Shown here piece by piece: positions 39,642-50,081 of a stretch of 64,000 nucleotides of DNA. A model generated the notes under the pieces. The model saw only the letters and a list, made by a program, of their open reading frames with translations. It made no database searches and was not told the DNA's origin. Source of the DNA: a virus (lineage: Duplodnaviria; Caudoviricetes); the IMG/VR virus record IMGVR_UViG_3300021960_007579, positions 773-64,772 of that record; one strand, written 5' to 3'. The translations under genes and the position numbers were made by a program. The stretch's first letter is position 1, and each line of letters opens with the position of its first letter.

Positions 39642-39676
39642 AAAAAATGGTTGAAATAAACAAGATAGGGGGATCT

Positions 39677-40054
39677 ATGAAGTTCGCTTTAATAGCACAC
39701 GATAATAAGAAGGCAGACTTAGTTGCCTTTGTAATGAAAAGGTTAGATTTTTTTAATAGGGAGGATGTCGATATTGTAACCACCGGAACTACAGGTAAAC
39801 ATTGTGAACATGCGGGTATTGATAAAGTTGAGAAAGTAGCTTCGGGCCCAATGGGTGGAGACGCTGAGATTGGTGCGATGGTAACACGTGGAGAAATAAC
39901 AGGTGTTATATTTTTCAGAGATCCTTTAGATAAACACCCACACGATGTGGACATTGCTATGTTAATGAGGGTTTGTGATGTACACAACGTACCCCTAGCG
40001 ACCAATTATAAAACCGCGAGTATTCTAATTAAGTGGTTTAAAATAAATTCCTAA
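39677..40054 (+). CDS. mgsA: Methylglyoxal synthase
   Basis: ALIAHDNKK, TTGTTG, SGPMGGDAEIG, FFRDPL..HPHDVDI..L.RVCDVHN.PLATN. Confidence 0.95.
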   Translation: MKFALIAHDNKKADLVAFVMKRLDFFNREDVDIVTTGTTGKHCEHAGIDKVEKVASGPMGGDAEIGAMVTRGEITGVIFFRDPLDKHPHDVDIAMLMRVCDVHNVPLATNYKTASILIKWFKINS

Positions 40055-40058
40055 ATAA

Positions 40059-40682
40059 GTGAAGAAATCAAAGTTCTACATAAAACATGAAACAACTTTC
40101 TCTGATAGGGTAAGGTCTTTATTAGAAAGTCTCTTATTTTGGAGGGGTCGTTCCAAAGGGATGATTCACACTCGTAATTTAGAGTGGAGTGACCTACGTT
40201 ATATCTTCTTCCCATCCAATCTAGACAAGTATGGTTATTTGGGTATCACCTTCTATAAAGAAAGTGAAATGACTAAAGTGCTCCGACCACTTGTACTTGC
40301 GATGGACTATGAAGCAAAACCATGGTGGTGTCCTCGTTGGTTCTTACGATTCCTTCATGTATTCGGAAATGATAAATCAATCGTGAGAGTTCGTAATCGT
40401 AGGTTACATAATCTACACAGACATTTGACTAAAGGTATCCAATTTTGGGATTGGAAAACTAAATGGACTCACTATGATTTGCGTATTTCCATTGCAGCAC
40501 CTAAACACTTACAAGATCTTGCGGGTTGGATTGAACGCGGATTCTATTCCGATGGCCGACAAAAAGAATTGGTTGATCAAATCAAAGCAATCGATCCTAA
40601 TGCGGGTATCATTTGGGGAAGTGTCAGTCGTTTAGAAAAACAGTTAGAAGAATTAGAAGATGGTAATAACATTCATATCTGA
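40059..40682 (+). CDS. Hypothetical protein
   Basis: 207-aa ORF in operon. Confidence 0.7.
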   Translation: MKKSKFYIKHETTFSDRVRSLLESLLFWRGRSKGMIHTRNLEWSDLRYIFFPSNLDKYGYLGITFYKESEMTKVLRPLVLAMDYEAKPWWCPRWFLRFLHVFGNDKSIVRVRNRRLHNLHRHLTKGIQFWDWKTKWTHYDLRISIAAPKHLQDLAGWIERGFYSDGRQKELVDQIKAIDPNAGIIWGSVSRLEKQLEELEDGNNIHI

Positions 40683-41343
40683 TACACACACTAAACACGC
40701 CGAGTTGACAGATCAGTTACCCGGTGGTGATTTGATTATCCACGCCGGTGACTTTATGAACAGCGGTTACTTTTGGAGAGAGGCATCACCATTTTTGGAA
40801 TGGTTTGATAGATTAGAGAATTATAAGAATAAGGTTCTAATAGCAGGTAATCATGATCGATGGTTTGAGATAAACATGGGATCGATACCAAAACTATTAG
40901 AATTATATCCAAACATAAGATATCTCTTAGATCAGAAGGCCATTATAGATGATTTAGTCTTATACGGTTCACCGTGGCAACCTGAGTTCTATCAATGGGC
41001 GTTTAACCTACCAAGAAATGGTGCGGATCTTGAAGAGAAATGGTTTTGGATACCTGAAAAGACTGATATATTAATTACACATGGACCACCACAAGATCAT
41101 TTAGATGTAAGTGGACCTCCATGGAATACCCCTCATTTGGGGTGTGAACTACTTAGAGTTAAAGTGGATAAACATCCACCAAAGATTCACGTCTTTGGAC
41201 ACATACATGGGTCTTATGGATATAAATTCCATAATGGTACTCACTTCATTAATGCTTCGGTATTGAATGAAGAATATGAACAAGTAAATTCTCCCATAAC
41301 GGTGGATTGGGACCCCGAAACAAATAACCTTAAATTTTTGTAA
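40660..41343 (+). CDS. Calcineurin-like metallophosphoesterase
   Basis: SDTH, HAGD, GNHD, THGPP, GHIH. Confidence 0.9.
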   Translation: MVITFISDTHTKHAELTDQLPGGDLIIHAGDFMNSGYFWREASPFLEWFDRLENYKNKVLIAGNHDRWFEINMGSIPKLLELYPNIRYLLDQKAIIDDLVLYGSPWQPEFYQWAFNLPRNGADLEEKWFWIPEKTDILITHGPPQDHLDVSGPPWNTPHLGCELLRVKVDKHPPKIHVFGHIHGSYGYKFHNGTHFINASVLNEEYEQVNSPITVDWDPETNNLKFL

Positions 41344-41344
41344 C

Positions 41345-41869
41345 ATGAAGTTAAAGAAAATCAAAGTTATCCTGAAATCAGGAATGACCCACCCACAAAT
41401 GTTCGATACTGTTAGTGAAGCGGTTAGGTCAGTGGGTATCAAGAACATCGGTAAAATGGAGGAGGTGAATGTAGATGTACCTAAAAAGTACGGACACTCC
41501 TTTAATAAAGATGAAATGTTAGTTATTAGTAAACGAAGTAATGAGGATTTAGAAAAATCATTACGTTGCGGATACACCGTAACTTACAATAAACCATCTT
41601 TAGAAAAAGTTTATGAAGGGATGACGGTATTGGAAACCTCGGATGACCGAGTACTAATCGGTAAGTTCGTCGCACTCCGTAGTTGGGATCCGGGTGTCCA
41701 CAAAGACTATGTTCCACCAGGTTATAGACCCGATAAGGATTGGGAGTGGGCGATCTACAATAAAGACTCGCAGATTCTTAACCGTGAGGAATTAGAGAAG
41801 GAAATCGGGAGGATACCAGGAGTACAAGGTGGGATTGGTTATCATATTCCCCTTAAAGAAAAAGTATAA
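41345..41869 (+). CDS. Hypothetical protein
   Basis: 174-aa ORF in operon. Confidence 0.65.
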   Translation: MKLKKIKVILKSGMTHPQMFDTVSEAVRSVGIKNIGKMEEVNVDVPKKYGHSFNKDEMLVISKRSNEDLEKSLRCGYTVTYNKPSLEKVYEGMTVLETSDDRVLIGKFVALRSWDPGVHKDYVPPGYRPDKDWEWAIYNKDSQILNREELEKEIGRIPGVQGGIGYHIPLKEKV

Positions 41870-42077
41870 TGTTTGAGTATCTCTTTAATCTTATTCTAGG
41901 TGGGTCTTTTTTTATTTTGGTCATGTACATTATTAAATCGATAAAACAAGATGAAAAGAAAAATAGGTAAGTCTGAAGACGATTTAGAAAACGAGTTTAA
42001 AACACAGAGGAATTTACTTTTAGTGGTTTTAATCGGTACGATCCTATCACTAACATATTTAATAACTCAATAGATCC

Positions 42078-42584
42078 ATGCAGACGTTCCTCCCATACAG
42101 TGATTTTAGAGAATCATTAAAGGTCTTAGACGACAAGAGGTTAGGTAAACAGAGGGTGGAGGCATTCCAAATAATCTCAGCAATTACGGGTAGACCGCGT
42201 AAAGATGGTAAACCTTATAAGGGTTGGGTTAATCATCCCTGTAGTATCATGTGGGGGAATCATGTGAATGCTTTAAAACTATATTATAATCTCTCCATTG
42301 ACGAATGGGTAAGAAGGGGCTTTAATAACACCATGAAACATGAACCGATCAGGGGTAAAGTTATCGTACCTGATTGGGTTGGTATTGAATTTTTTCACTC
42401 ATCACATCGATCAAATCTCTTAAGAAAAGATTTAGTATATTATTCAGAATTTGGGTGGGATGAGAATCCCGATAACCCTTATGTTTGGATGGATGGTGAT
42501 GGTCGTTGGTACAAACAAATGGTGGGTAAGAACATCAGAGATTACTTTGACGTAGAAAAAGAATTACAACTTTTTTTAGAATAA
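42078..42584 (+). CDS. Pyrimidine-dimer DNA glycosylase-like (MSMEG_6728 family)
   Basis: MQTFLPY..F...LD.KRLGKQRVE, NHP..MW, SHRSNLLRKD. Confidence 0.85.
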   Translation: MQTFLPYSDFRESLKVLDDKRLGKQRVEAFQIISAITGRPRKDGKPYKGWVNHPCSIMWGNHVNALKLYYNLSIDEWVRRGFNNTMKHEPIRGKVIVPDWVGIEFFHSSHRSNLLRKDLVYYSEFGWDENPDNPYVWMDGDGRWYKQMVGKNIRDYFDVEKELQLFLE

Positions 42585-42586
42585 AT

Positions 42587-42616
42587 TTGGAATATCATAA
42601 AATATACCTATATTTG
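42587..42616 (+). promoter_or_regulatory. Bacteroidota-type promoter
   Basis: TTG-N19-TATATTTG. Confidence 0.7.
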
Positions 42617-42640
42617 TCATGTACTTTAAAGAATAAGAAT

Positions 42641-42961
42641 ATGAAAAAGGTATTTTTTATTATTGGTTTGGGGTTACTTATCACCTCTTGTGGGGTCCAA
42701 AGAACCGCTATTGATAATCATGGTGTGGTGGTTAAATACGATAAAACCATGGTTTACTACGATACAATGGGATTCTGTCAACCCACGTTGAGGAATATCC
42801 AATCAATGTACGATCGTCGATCAGTTACAGGTGAAAATTACTTTTGGTGTGGATGTGATTGGAGAACTAAAAAACAGTGCGATGTACTCGACAGTATTGC
42901 ATTGGAAGAATCCAATCAACGACTAATAAAAATGTACCAACACAGTACTATTGTTGATTAG
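42641..42961 (+). CDS. Putative lipoprotein
   Basis: MKKVFFIIGLGLLITSC lipobox. Confidence 0.7.
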   Translation: MKKVFFIIGLGLLITSCGVQRTAIDNHGVVVKYDKTMVYYDTMGFCQPTLRNIQSMYDRRSVTGENYFWCGCDWRTKKQCDVLDSIALEESNQRLIKMYQHSTIVD

Positions 42962-44411
42962 TTATTGTTTTACCACAAAGATCTGTCTGTAGGATAACGG
43001 TTTCGGCCATGGCGCCCCTGTCCATTTTGAGGTTTGGTCTTCCTTGGAATCTAACGTCACCTTCCCTACCGACAATCTTAACAGTGGGGACTTCACTATG
43101 AGAACCTTGATTGAAGAACATTTTGTACGGACCCGTTCTATCAACTTTAGGGACTAAAGAGAAGATAAGTTTATCCTTAACACTTGCGTTTTGAACAATA
43201 TTTTGGGCCATTGATGTATCTAATTTAAAGGTTTGAGCCCTTCTACCACCAACCTGATTATCAGTTTCTCTACCCGCTAAGTTTTTTAGGGCCTTTACCG
43301 TGTTCCCAACGGTATCAACCTCACTCATTTTCTTACCTTTATGATCCCCAAATCCTTTCATAGTCGCAATGAAAGTATCGTCTACAACGGCATCGGGGTT
43401 ATAAACCACCTTACCCTCAAAATCGTTTTTCTCGATATACAGTAGAACTAAGTGTAATCTTAGACTGGTTGCCGAGGTTATTCTGGGGGCTCTTGGACCT
43501 TCGGTAAAATCACTTGCCTTTTTATTTTCTATTCCTAACTCAGGTACATTGATTATGGCATCAGCAAATCTCGCGATACGGGTTTTTGCCCTATTGTCTA
43601 ACCAATTTTTATATTCTCTTTGAGCCCATGGGTTTACTAATGGATCGACAATTCTCTTATTGTGGTTATAAATAGCTTGCTCAATATCTACAACTCCAGG
43701 GACTTGTTCCTGACCCACATCCTTACGTCCGTTATTCAAATTGACTATACCTAATAATTGACCATTTACTTTAAGTCCGAAGATCGCCTCATCACACTGG
43801 TGACCCGAACCTTTTTCGTATGAAACTGTAATATCCATACCGATTAAACAATCATAAGAAGCCGTCGCACTTATATTAAGTTTAACGAATTGTTCATTAG
43901 TATACTTCTGATCCGACGCCTTATCAACCTTTGGATTATAGGCTGTGGTACCTATAACTGTTTTCTTCGTTGGTGTGTTAGGCATGGTTTGGATTAGACC
44001 ATTTGTTTTTAAATCCTGAAATTTCTTTAATAGGAAATCATAAACCGATTGTGCTCTGTTATTTGACAACACACCTGGTTGTAGTTTACACGCCTCACTA
44101 TATACTCCATTACCACAACCCATTTTTTCTCTATCGAAGTTGGTTACCTGAGATTCACCTGCAATAATCTCAATATTAACCTTTGCCATTGGATTAGACT
44201 TTAAGAACTCAACTAACGGGGATAAAGCAGCATTCATACTTTGTACTTGGGTTGCGGTAACTTTCCATCTACCCGATGACCAAACAGATTTAAAATCAAT
44301 AGTTTCGGTTTTAGTTTCGGGATTAAACCCACCTGTGGGTGCCTGTTCATTTAATGATCTATAATTTCTCATTAAACTACTAATCTGATCTTCACGCAAT
44401 ATAAGTTTCAT
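42948..44411 (-). CDS. Protein with N-terminal leader and OmpA-like segment
   Basis: MKLILREDQ leader; IAGESQVTN...LSNNRAQSV resembles the OmpA C-terminal fold. Confidence 0.55.
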   Translation of the reverse strand: MKLILREDQISSLMRNYRSLNEQAPTGGFNPETKTETIDFKSVWSSGRWKVTATQVQSMNAALSPLVEFLKSNPMAKVNIEIIAGESQVTNFDREKMGCGNGVYSEACKLQPGVLSNNRAQSVYDFLLKKFQDLKTNGLIQTMPNTPTKKTVIGTTAYNPKVDKASDQKYTNEQFVKLNISATASYDCLIGMDITVSYEKGSGHQCDEAIFGLKVNGQLLGIVNLNNGRKDVGQEQVPGVVDIEQAIYNHNKRIVDPLVNPWAQREYKNWLDNRAKTRIARFADAIINVPELGIENKKASDFTEGPRAPRITSATSLRLHLVLLYIEKNDFEGKVVYNPDAVVDDTFIATMKGFGDHKGKKMSEVDTVGNTVKALKNLAGRETDNQVGGRRAQTFKLDTSMAQNIVQNASVKDKLIFSLVPKVDRTGPYKMFFNQGSHSEVPTVKIVGREGDVRFQGRPNLKMDRGAMAETVILQTDLCGKTITNQQ

Positions 44412-44448
44412 AGTATCCTAAGTTTTTTTTAAAATATACCAGAAAAAG

Positions 44449-44479
44449 TTTGGTATATAAATAAATATCACTATCTTTG
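44449..44479 (+). promoter_or_regulatory. Bacteroidota-type promoter overlapping a divergent late motif
   Basis: TTTG-N19-TATCTTTG; its spacer contains ATAAATA (minus-strand TATTTAT). Confidence 0.6.
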
Positions 44480-44503
44480 TTTAGAATTTTAAATAATAGT
44501 ATT

Positions 44504-45748
44504 GTGAAAAATCTTTATTTCTTGTGTGTGGTTATGGTTATCGGACTGTATTCCTGTGAAAAGGACATTCTAGAACCTATTGACGAATCCACTATTTTAA
44601 ATGGTGTTGACACATCGTTTAATCCGATCGAATATGAAGATGTGGATCCCTTTCTTTCCACCCCCGCAGTTGGGTCGGGTAGAACAGTTAATGTAATTGT
44701 GATCAACTACATTCCCACTAATGATAAGGGTAAAACCTTAAATCAAAACACATTCCCCTTCAACGGAGACAATGGTTTAAATAAGAAATTATCGGTTCAG
44801 GAGTATAAGAAGTGGTTATTGAGTACAACCGTGAGAGTAAAACATGGTATTGAACAGGGTACGAGATTTCGTGGATATAAAAATGGATCAGACCCGTACA
44901 TCGGGATTAAAGTTGTGAAATACATCAATGTTTACGAGATGCCGAAGATTGCTAGAAATATGCCACAGAATCTATTCGCACAAGATAGTACCGAGGGATA
45001 CTACCCAGACTACCACAAACTATTTGAATCGATAGGTATGGATACTTTGGTTAACGATTATGACGTTAAAGAGGTGTGGTTCAACAGAAAATCGTTGGCG
45101 GTCCCCGAATCCAACATGTCCTCACCAACATCAGGAGATGTAAGTAACGCTTATTATGGGAGTGAAGCCTATGGACTTGTTAATCAAATACAACCAAACG
45201 ATCTCCCAATTTATGATAAGACCTATGTGGTATACTCTCATTGGATGCATAACAGTTATGAAAAAATACTACATGTAAGAGGACATCAAATTGAGGTTCA
45301 GATGAGTGCCATGGAAGGTGGGGACTTTCTTTGGGGTAAATTTAAAGGGTTTACAATGGGTCCCAATGGTCGGGAAAGAGGTTGCGGGACAACCCACCAT
45401 CCCGTTAATGCCACCAATGACTACCAATATAATAACACACATTCCGTGTTATCCGATATTGAAGATTGGTTACCTGACGGTACAGGAACACAAAAATTGG
45501 TCAACAATATGAATTGGACAAGGAATTACGTGATAAACTATAACTTCCCCACATCATTATATAAGTCCGAGGTATCTAGAGATGTTATAGGTAACGATGG
45601 GGAAGGTGGATGGATGATATATTGGTTCCAATCTATACCGGGTTATCAAAACAATCTCCCATATAATCAAACTACCTTAAAAAACTGGTGGGATGTACTA
45701 TACGATTGGGATTACCACTACAGCTCTAATAAAAAATTATACAATTAA
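44504..45748 (+). CDS. Lipoprotein, possible zinc metallopeptidase-like
   Basis: GLYSC lipobox; HVRGHQIE; GCGTTHHP. Confidence 0.55.
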   Translation: MKNLYFLCVVMVIGLYSCEKDILEPIDESTILNGVDTSFNPIEYEDVDPFLSTPAVGSGRTVNVIVINYIPTNDKGKTLNQNTFPFNGDNGLNKKLSVQEYKKWLLSTTVRVKHGIEQGTRFRGYKNGSDPYIGIKVVKYINVYEMPKIARNMPQNLFAQDSTEGYYPDYHKLFESIGMDTLVNDYDVKEVWFNRKSLAVPESNMSSPTSGDVSNAYYGSEAYGLVNQIQPNDLPIYDKTYVVYSHWMHNSYEKILHVRGHQIEVQMSAMEGGDFLWGKFKGFTMGPNGRERGCGTTHHPVNATNDYQYNNTHSVLSDIEDWLPDGTGTQKLVNNMNWTRNYVINYNFPTSLYKSEVSRDVIGNDGEGGWMIYWFQSIPGYQNNLPYNQTTLKNWWDVLYDWDYHYSSNKKLYN

Positions 45749-45801
45749 TAGTTGTATACCAAAAAAATTACCTATATTTGTATCAATATCAAAATAAAAT
45801 T

Positions 45802-46350
45802 ATGAAAACATTAGTTATTCATCCAAAGGATTCGACGACATTTTTCTTAGACATTGTCTATAGAAATATAGAAGATCTAACACTAATCACTGGTGGTGTC
45901 ACTAAAAATTATGTTAAGGAACAGATCAAACAACATGATCGTGTTATGATGATGGGTCACGGATCCCCTAGTGGATTATTTTCTGTTGGTCAATTTGAGA
46001 ACACCAACGGTTATATTATTGATCAGTCCATGGTGGAACTACTGAATGAGAAAAATAACTCAGTGTTCATATGGTGTAATGCCGATCAATTCGTACAGAG
46101 ATACGATCTCAAGGGATTTTACACGGGTATGTTTATTAGTGAAGTGGGTGAGGCATATTATTGTGGTTTACCTGATACAGAACAACCTGAAGTGGATGAA
46201 TCTAACTACTCTTTTGTTGAGATTATGGGTGAGTGTATTAATCACGAACCCAAGATAATCCACGAAATAGCCAAAACTCGATATGGGATGTTAATTGAAC
46301 ATAACCCTGTAGCGAAATACAATCACGAACGGTTATATGTAAATTACTAA
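45802..46350 (+). CDS. Hypothetical protein with clan-CD-like GHG...WC dyad
   Basis: MMMGHGSP, FIWCNA; TATATTTG promoter at 45773. Confidence 0.55.
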   Translation: MKTLVIHPKDSTTFFLDIVYRNIEDLTLITGGVTKNYVKEQIKQHDRVMMMGHGSPSGLFSVGQFENTNGYIIDQSMVELLNEKNNSVFIWCNADQFVQRYDLKGFYTGMFISEVGEAYYCGLPDTEQPEVDESNYSFVEIMGECINHEPKIIHEIAKTRYGMLIEHNPVAKYNHERLYVNY

Positions 46351-46354
46351 TTTT

Positions 46355-46864
46355 ATGGATACTACAATTTTATATTTTGTTTTTGGAACTCTTCTCGTAG
46401 TTAGTTTAATTATGAGACAGTTATTTGATCCGATTAAAAACACGTCTAAATTAAAACTCGTTAATATGGACGATGTTGAAATGGAGGAAATAGGTGTATA
46501 TGTAATGGATAAGTTATCGGGTGACTACAATGTGTCGACACCTAAATTCCAATTAGGTACCCTCAAAGGAACCAATACTATGGGTAACCCTTCAGGTGAT
46601 GTCGCAGCATCTTATTTGGGTCAAATAGACATGATTGTCTTGGACCCGAATATCATGAGAAATTATGACTTATTGGTGGAGGACCTTTTCGGTTACCTCG
46701 CACATGAATTCCAACACTATTTAGACAAGTTAGAGTTGGGTGACTCTAAAAAGTGGGAAAAGGAATATGAAAAAAACGTTGAGTATTATGAACTGAAGGC
46801 AGATAACTTCATGAATAAAACTAAATTCGAGTTAGTTAAAAGTTATGTTAAATCAATTAGTTAA
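46355..46864 (+). CDS. Membrane-anchored HExxH zincin-like protein
   Basis: N-terminal TM, AHEFQH, downstream ELKA. Confidence 0.6.
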   Translation: MDTTILYFVFGTLLVVSLIMRQLFDPIKNTSKLKLVNMDDVEMEEIGVYVMDKLSGDYNVSTPKFQLGTLKGTNTMGNPSGDVAASYLGQIDMIVLDPNIMRNYDLLVEDLFGYLAHEFQHYLDKLELGDSKKWEKEYEKNVEYYELKADNFMNKTKFELVKSYVKSIS

Positions 46865-46869
46865 TAAAA

Positions 46870-47502
46870 ATGGCGAAGTATCGTTTAGAAGTGTATGGTT
46901 GGGAGATGGAGGCGATTGGTCATTCCATCACTGACGAACAAGTTGACCAGATTGTCGATCTCATGGATGAAAATGAGTACGATGAACTGTGGGAGTGTAG
47001 AAACAACGGAGATTTGGAGGAAGAGGGTATTATTCCCGACATCTACAATCCCGATCTCTTCCATGTGAGTCGTGGATTAGATAATGGTACCACTTTCTAC
47101 GTTGTTAAAGATGAGAACGATGAGACTGTTGTTGAATTCGATCACAAAGATTTAGGAGATCCATACGATTTATTGGGTGATGATGATGTCATTGAAAAGA
47201 ATTACCCCTACGAGGGTTACCTCTGTATTCCTGAAATGATGGAAGGGGTTGACAATATCTTATTCATTGCCGATGAAAACAAAGGTGGGATTGCGTCATT
47301 TGAATTTGAAAGTGATGAGGTTCCTACGGCTAAAGATTTCTGCATATTGAATGGGGACATCGGAACGCCTGATGGGGATTGGGACTTTATTTCAAAGTAT
47401 TTCTTTAGGGGACAACTATTAGAATATTGGGACGGGTTGGATAATCGAGGTAAGTCATCCACTGTCGAGATCTACCGAAAAGATGGTACTATAATTAACT
47501 AA
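46870..47502 (+). CDS. Highly acidic hypothetical protein
   Basis: 210 aa, D/E rich. Confidence 0.7.
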   Translation: MAKYRLEVYGWEMEAIGHSITDEQVDQIVDLMDENEYDELWECRNNGDLEEEGIIPDIYNPDLFHVSRGLDNGTTFYVVKDENDETVVEFDHKDLGDPYDLLGDDDVIEKNYPYEGYLCIPEMMEGVDNILFIADENKGGIASFEFESDEVPTAKDFCILNGDIGTPDGDWDFISKYFFRGQLLEYWDGLDNRGKSSTVEIYRKDGTIIN

Positions 47503-47509
47503 TCTTAAT

Positions 47510-47539
47510 AAAGGGTTGACATCCTCAACCCTTTTTTTT
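47510..47539 (+). terminator. Terminator overlapping the next promoter
   Basis: AAAGGGTTGA-CATCC-TCAACCCTTT-TTTTT. Confidence 0.75.
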
Positions 47540-47565
47540 ATATTTTATGTAGAAATACATTTAAT

Positions 47566-47826
47566 ATGAATAGTAATGAATTCGTCAATTGGTTAAAAGG
47601 TTTCGTAGATGCCTGTGGTGTAGACCTCTCAGTAACACAATTAAATAAAATAAAAGACAAGTTGGAAGAGACTTACGACGTGAATTGTCCTCAACAGACT
47701 CAACCGACCCTACCATATTCACCACCATGGAGTATCGGTGATCAACCCTATGATCCAAATAGAATATGGTATACAACTAGTACTGCGGGACCCTCATTCT
47801 CATCTGATCCTGAGGATTACAGTTGA
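47566..47826 (+). CDS. Conserved phage hypothetical protein
   Basis: EFVNWLKGF...IKDKL, Pro-rich tail. Confidence 0.7.
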   Translation: MNSNEFVNWLKGFVDACGVDLSVTQLNKIKDKLEETYDVNCPQQTQPTLPYSPPWSIGDQPYDPNRIWYTTSTAGPSFSSDPEDYS

Positions 47827-47885
47827 CCTAATAAAGTATTTTACATATATTTGTACAATATCAATAAAAAATAAAATTTAAAAAC

Positions 47886-48053
47886 ATGAGCGTAAAACAA
47901 GATTTATTCGAACAAATCGATTCTCACTACCAATCTTTCGTAGAGAATCACAATGGTAACACTAAAGCATCTCAAGCAAGAGCAAGAAAGGCGATTGGTG
48001 AGATTAAAAAATTAGTTACCGACTACAAGAAGGCATCTGTCACAGAACAATAA
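47886..48053 (+). CDS. Histone H1-like (Hc1 family) microprotein (not in ORF track)
   Basis: GNTKASQARARKAIGEIKKLVTDYKKASV; own promoter (47823-47853) and terminator. Confidence 0.75.
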   Translation: MSVKQDLFEQIDSHYQSFVENHNGNTKASQARARKAIGEIKKLVTDYKKASVTEQ

Positions 48054-48081
48054 TATCGTATATCGAGATACACGATATTTT

Positions 48082-48111
48082 AAACCCCTACAGAAATGTG
48101 GGGGTTTTTTT
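48082..48111 (+). terminator. Rho-independent terminator
   Basis: AAACCCCTACA-GAAA-TGTGGGGGTTT-TTTTT. Confidence 0.85.
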
Positions 48112-48182
48112 ATAAAAATATTTTTGTTTTGTTTGTATAATAAAAATTTTTTGTTATATTCGTAAGGTAAATACAATACGTC

Positions 48183-50041
48183 ATGAGAACTGAAGAGATT
48201 ATTAAGAACTTAAATCAGATTCATTCACTTTTGGAGGATGACTGTCCTGCTATGGCTAAGGTGAGAATCAGATCATTAATTTCAGAAATAAAAGATTTTG
48301 AATCTAAAAAAACACTATGGAACATTCTAACAAGAAAGGGGTGAGTCTGATTATTGTTGTGGTCCTAACTCTATATCTATTAAGTAGAGTGGCGATGATA
48401 ATTCGTAACGAATTTTTTCTATGAAACGTTATAATAGTAGTGATATTGGTTATATGGATCATGAGTGGAGTGATTGTCCTAAATGTGGACAGACAATTCA
48501 AAATTGTGAGTGTCATATTCCGGACTCGGTTAAACACGCAGGGTTAGTGGAGTTTATCGATAAATTACCCGAGATTTTAGATAAATTGAAAAAAGATTTT
48601 AAAAATAGAGAAGAGAAATGAAGTGGTTATTTGTTATTGTTGTTATCCTCGTCAGTGTTTTTATGATTATTAAAACAGGTAAAGAAAATGAAAGTATGTG
48701 AACGAATATTACACATCATGGCCGGTATCGGCTTGGGGTGGATCATCTTTAGTAACCTTTAACACCAAAGAGAAATGAAAGAAAGAGATCAATTCATGAG
48801 AATCGCAATGGCCACACTTAAACGGAAGTACCCTTTCCGACCACAAAGGGTGGCGTACGCAGCTAAGTTGTGGACTCGGTACATTGAGAAAAACCTCCTT
48901 AATTTTAAGGGGATTGACGGAGAGTATCTATGATCATTAAGTTCACATTACTCTTAGTTGTTATAGTATTTATCGTTGCTATAAACTTCATAGTAAAGAA
49001 TATTGAAGATTTTTAGAAAAGAAAAATTGATATGTCTTATAGAATATTAAAAAAGTTACCTTCAGGATCGGAGGTCTTTGTGAATGATTCCGATGGGACT
49101 CCAATGGAGTGGTCATCCATGGAGGAAGCTATCATGTATCAGAAACTTTATCAGAAGTTAACAAAACATAATAGTGAGTATGTGTTAGTAAATTTAAGTT
49201 CAAGCCAAGAAAAAGAAGAAGAAACAGCATGAAAAAGTTTTTATTACCGATCGTCATCCTACTTGCGGGATGTTCAATGGAAAAAAATTCTTTGGTTCAA
49301 CAATCTGAATTTGTGATAACAACTCGCAATGAAAAGGTTGTGTGGATAAAAGATAGCGATGTAGGTAGAATGATTTACCCAACATGGGAAAGAGGGGTTT
49401 ATGGGCCGGTAGAGGTTCATTTAGTTGATGAGTACAGTTTCAACACACTCCTTAGAAATGGAAGGCAATAAGTTTAGAGTTTATTACCGAAGATACCAAC
49501 ATGGTGTTAAACAACACATGGGTAAATGGGAGAACGTCAATAAAGAATTCAAAACGGAAAAAGATGCTGATCTTTTTCTCAGTAGAATAAAGGACAATGT
49601 AATTGTTCTTTGGTCCGTAAAATCAAAAATCTATAAATAATGGAAAAGAAAAAGTACATCATTAAGAACTTATTCCATGCCAAGGATATGAGTCAGTACG
49701 TTAATCGAGACACTACAAGTCTTGAGGATATTTGGGTAACTCATTGGCCGAACAGTAAAGAGAAAACACCAGAGGAATATCGTCCTATGTTGTTTGAAAC
49801 CAAACAAGAGGCAAAACGATATTTAACCGAGATCAAACGTCAAGCTCGAGCGGATTGGTCGGAGAATTCACACATCCACCGTATGTATGGATTTAGAAAA
49901 CCTGAGTGGGATATTTATGAAATATAATGTAATTGTATCATGGTACGTAAAATCAAAAATCTATGGAAGTTCCTCCAATTTATAGAGGAGGAACGAATAA
50001 AGGCGGCGATCTATACATGTAGTCCAGGTCCTTTAATGTGA
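48183..50041 (+). other. Operon of about 13 coupled micro-ORFs, several single-TM
   Basis: ORFs include 48317-48424, 48421-48621, 48618-48701, 48688-48762, 48775-48933, 48930-49016, 49032-49232, 49229-49471 (lipobox LAGC), ~49458-49640, 49640-49927 and 49940-50041; several ATGA overlaps. Confidence 0.6.
49596..49964. repeat. 39-bp imperfect direct repeats flanking ORF 49640-49927
   Basis: 49596-49634 and 49926-49964 match at 34/39 positions (AATGTAATTGT....TGGT.CGTAAAATCAAAAATCTAT). Confidence 0.8.
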
Positions 50042-50053
50042 AAACAAATCACT

Positions 50054-50081
50054 AAAACCCGTTTACTTAACGGGTTTTTTT
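50054..50081 (+). terminator. Rho-independent terminator
   Basis: AAAACCCGTT-TACTT-AACGGGTTTT-TTT. Confidence 0.85.
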
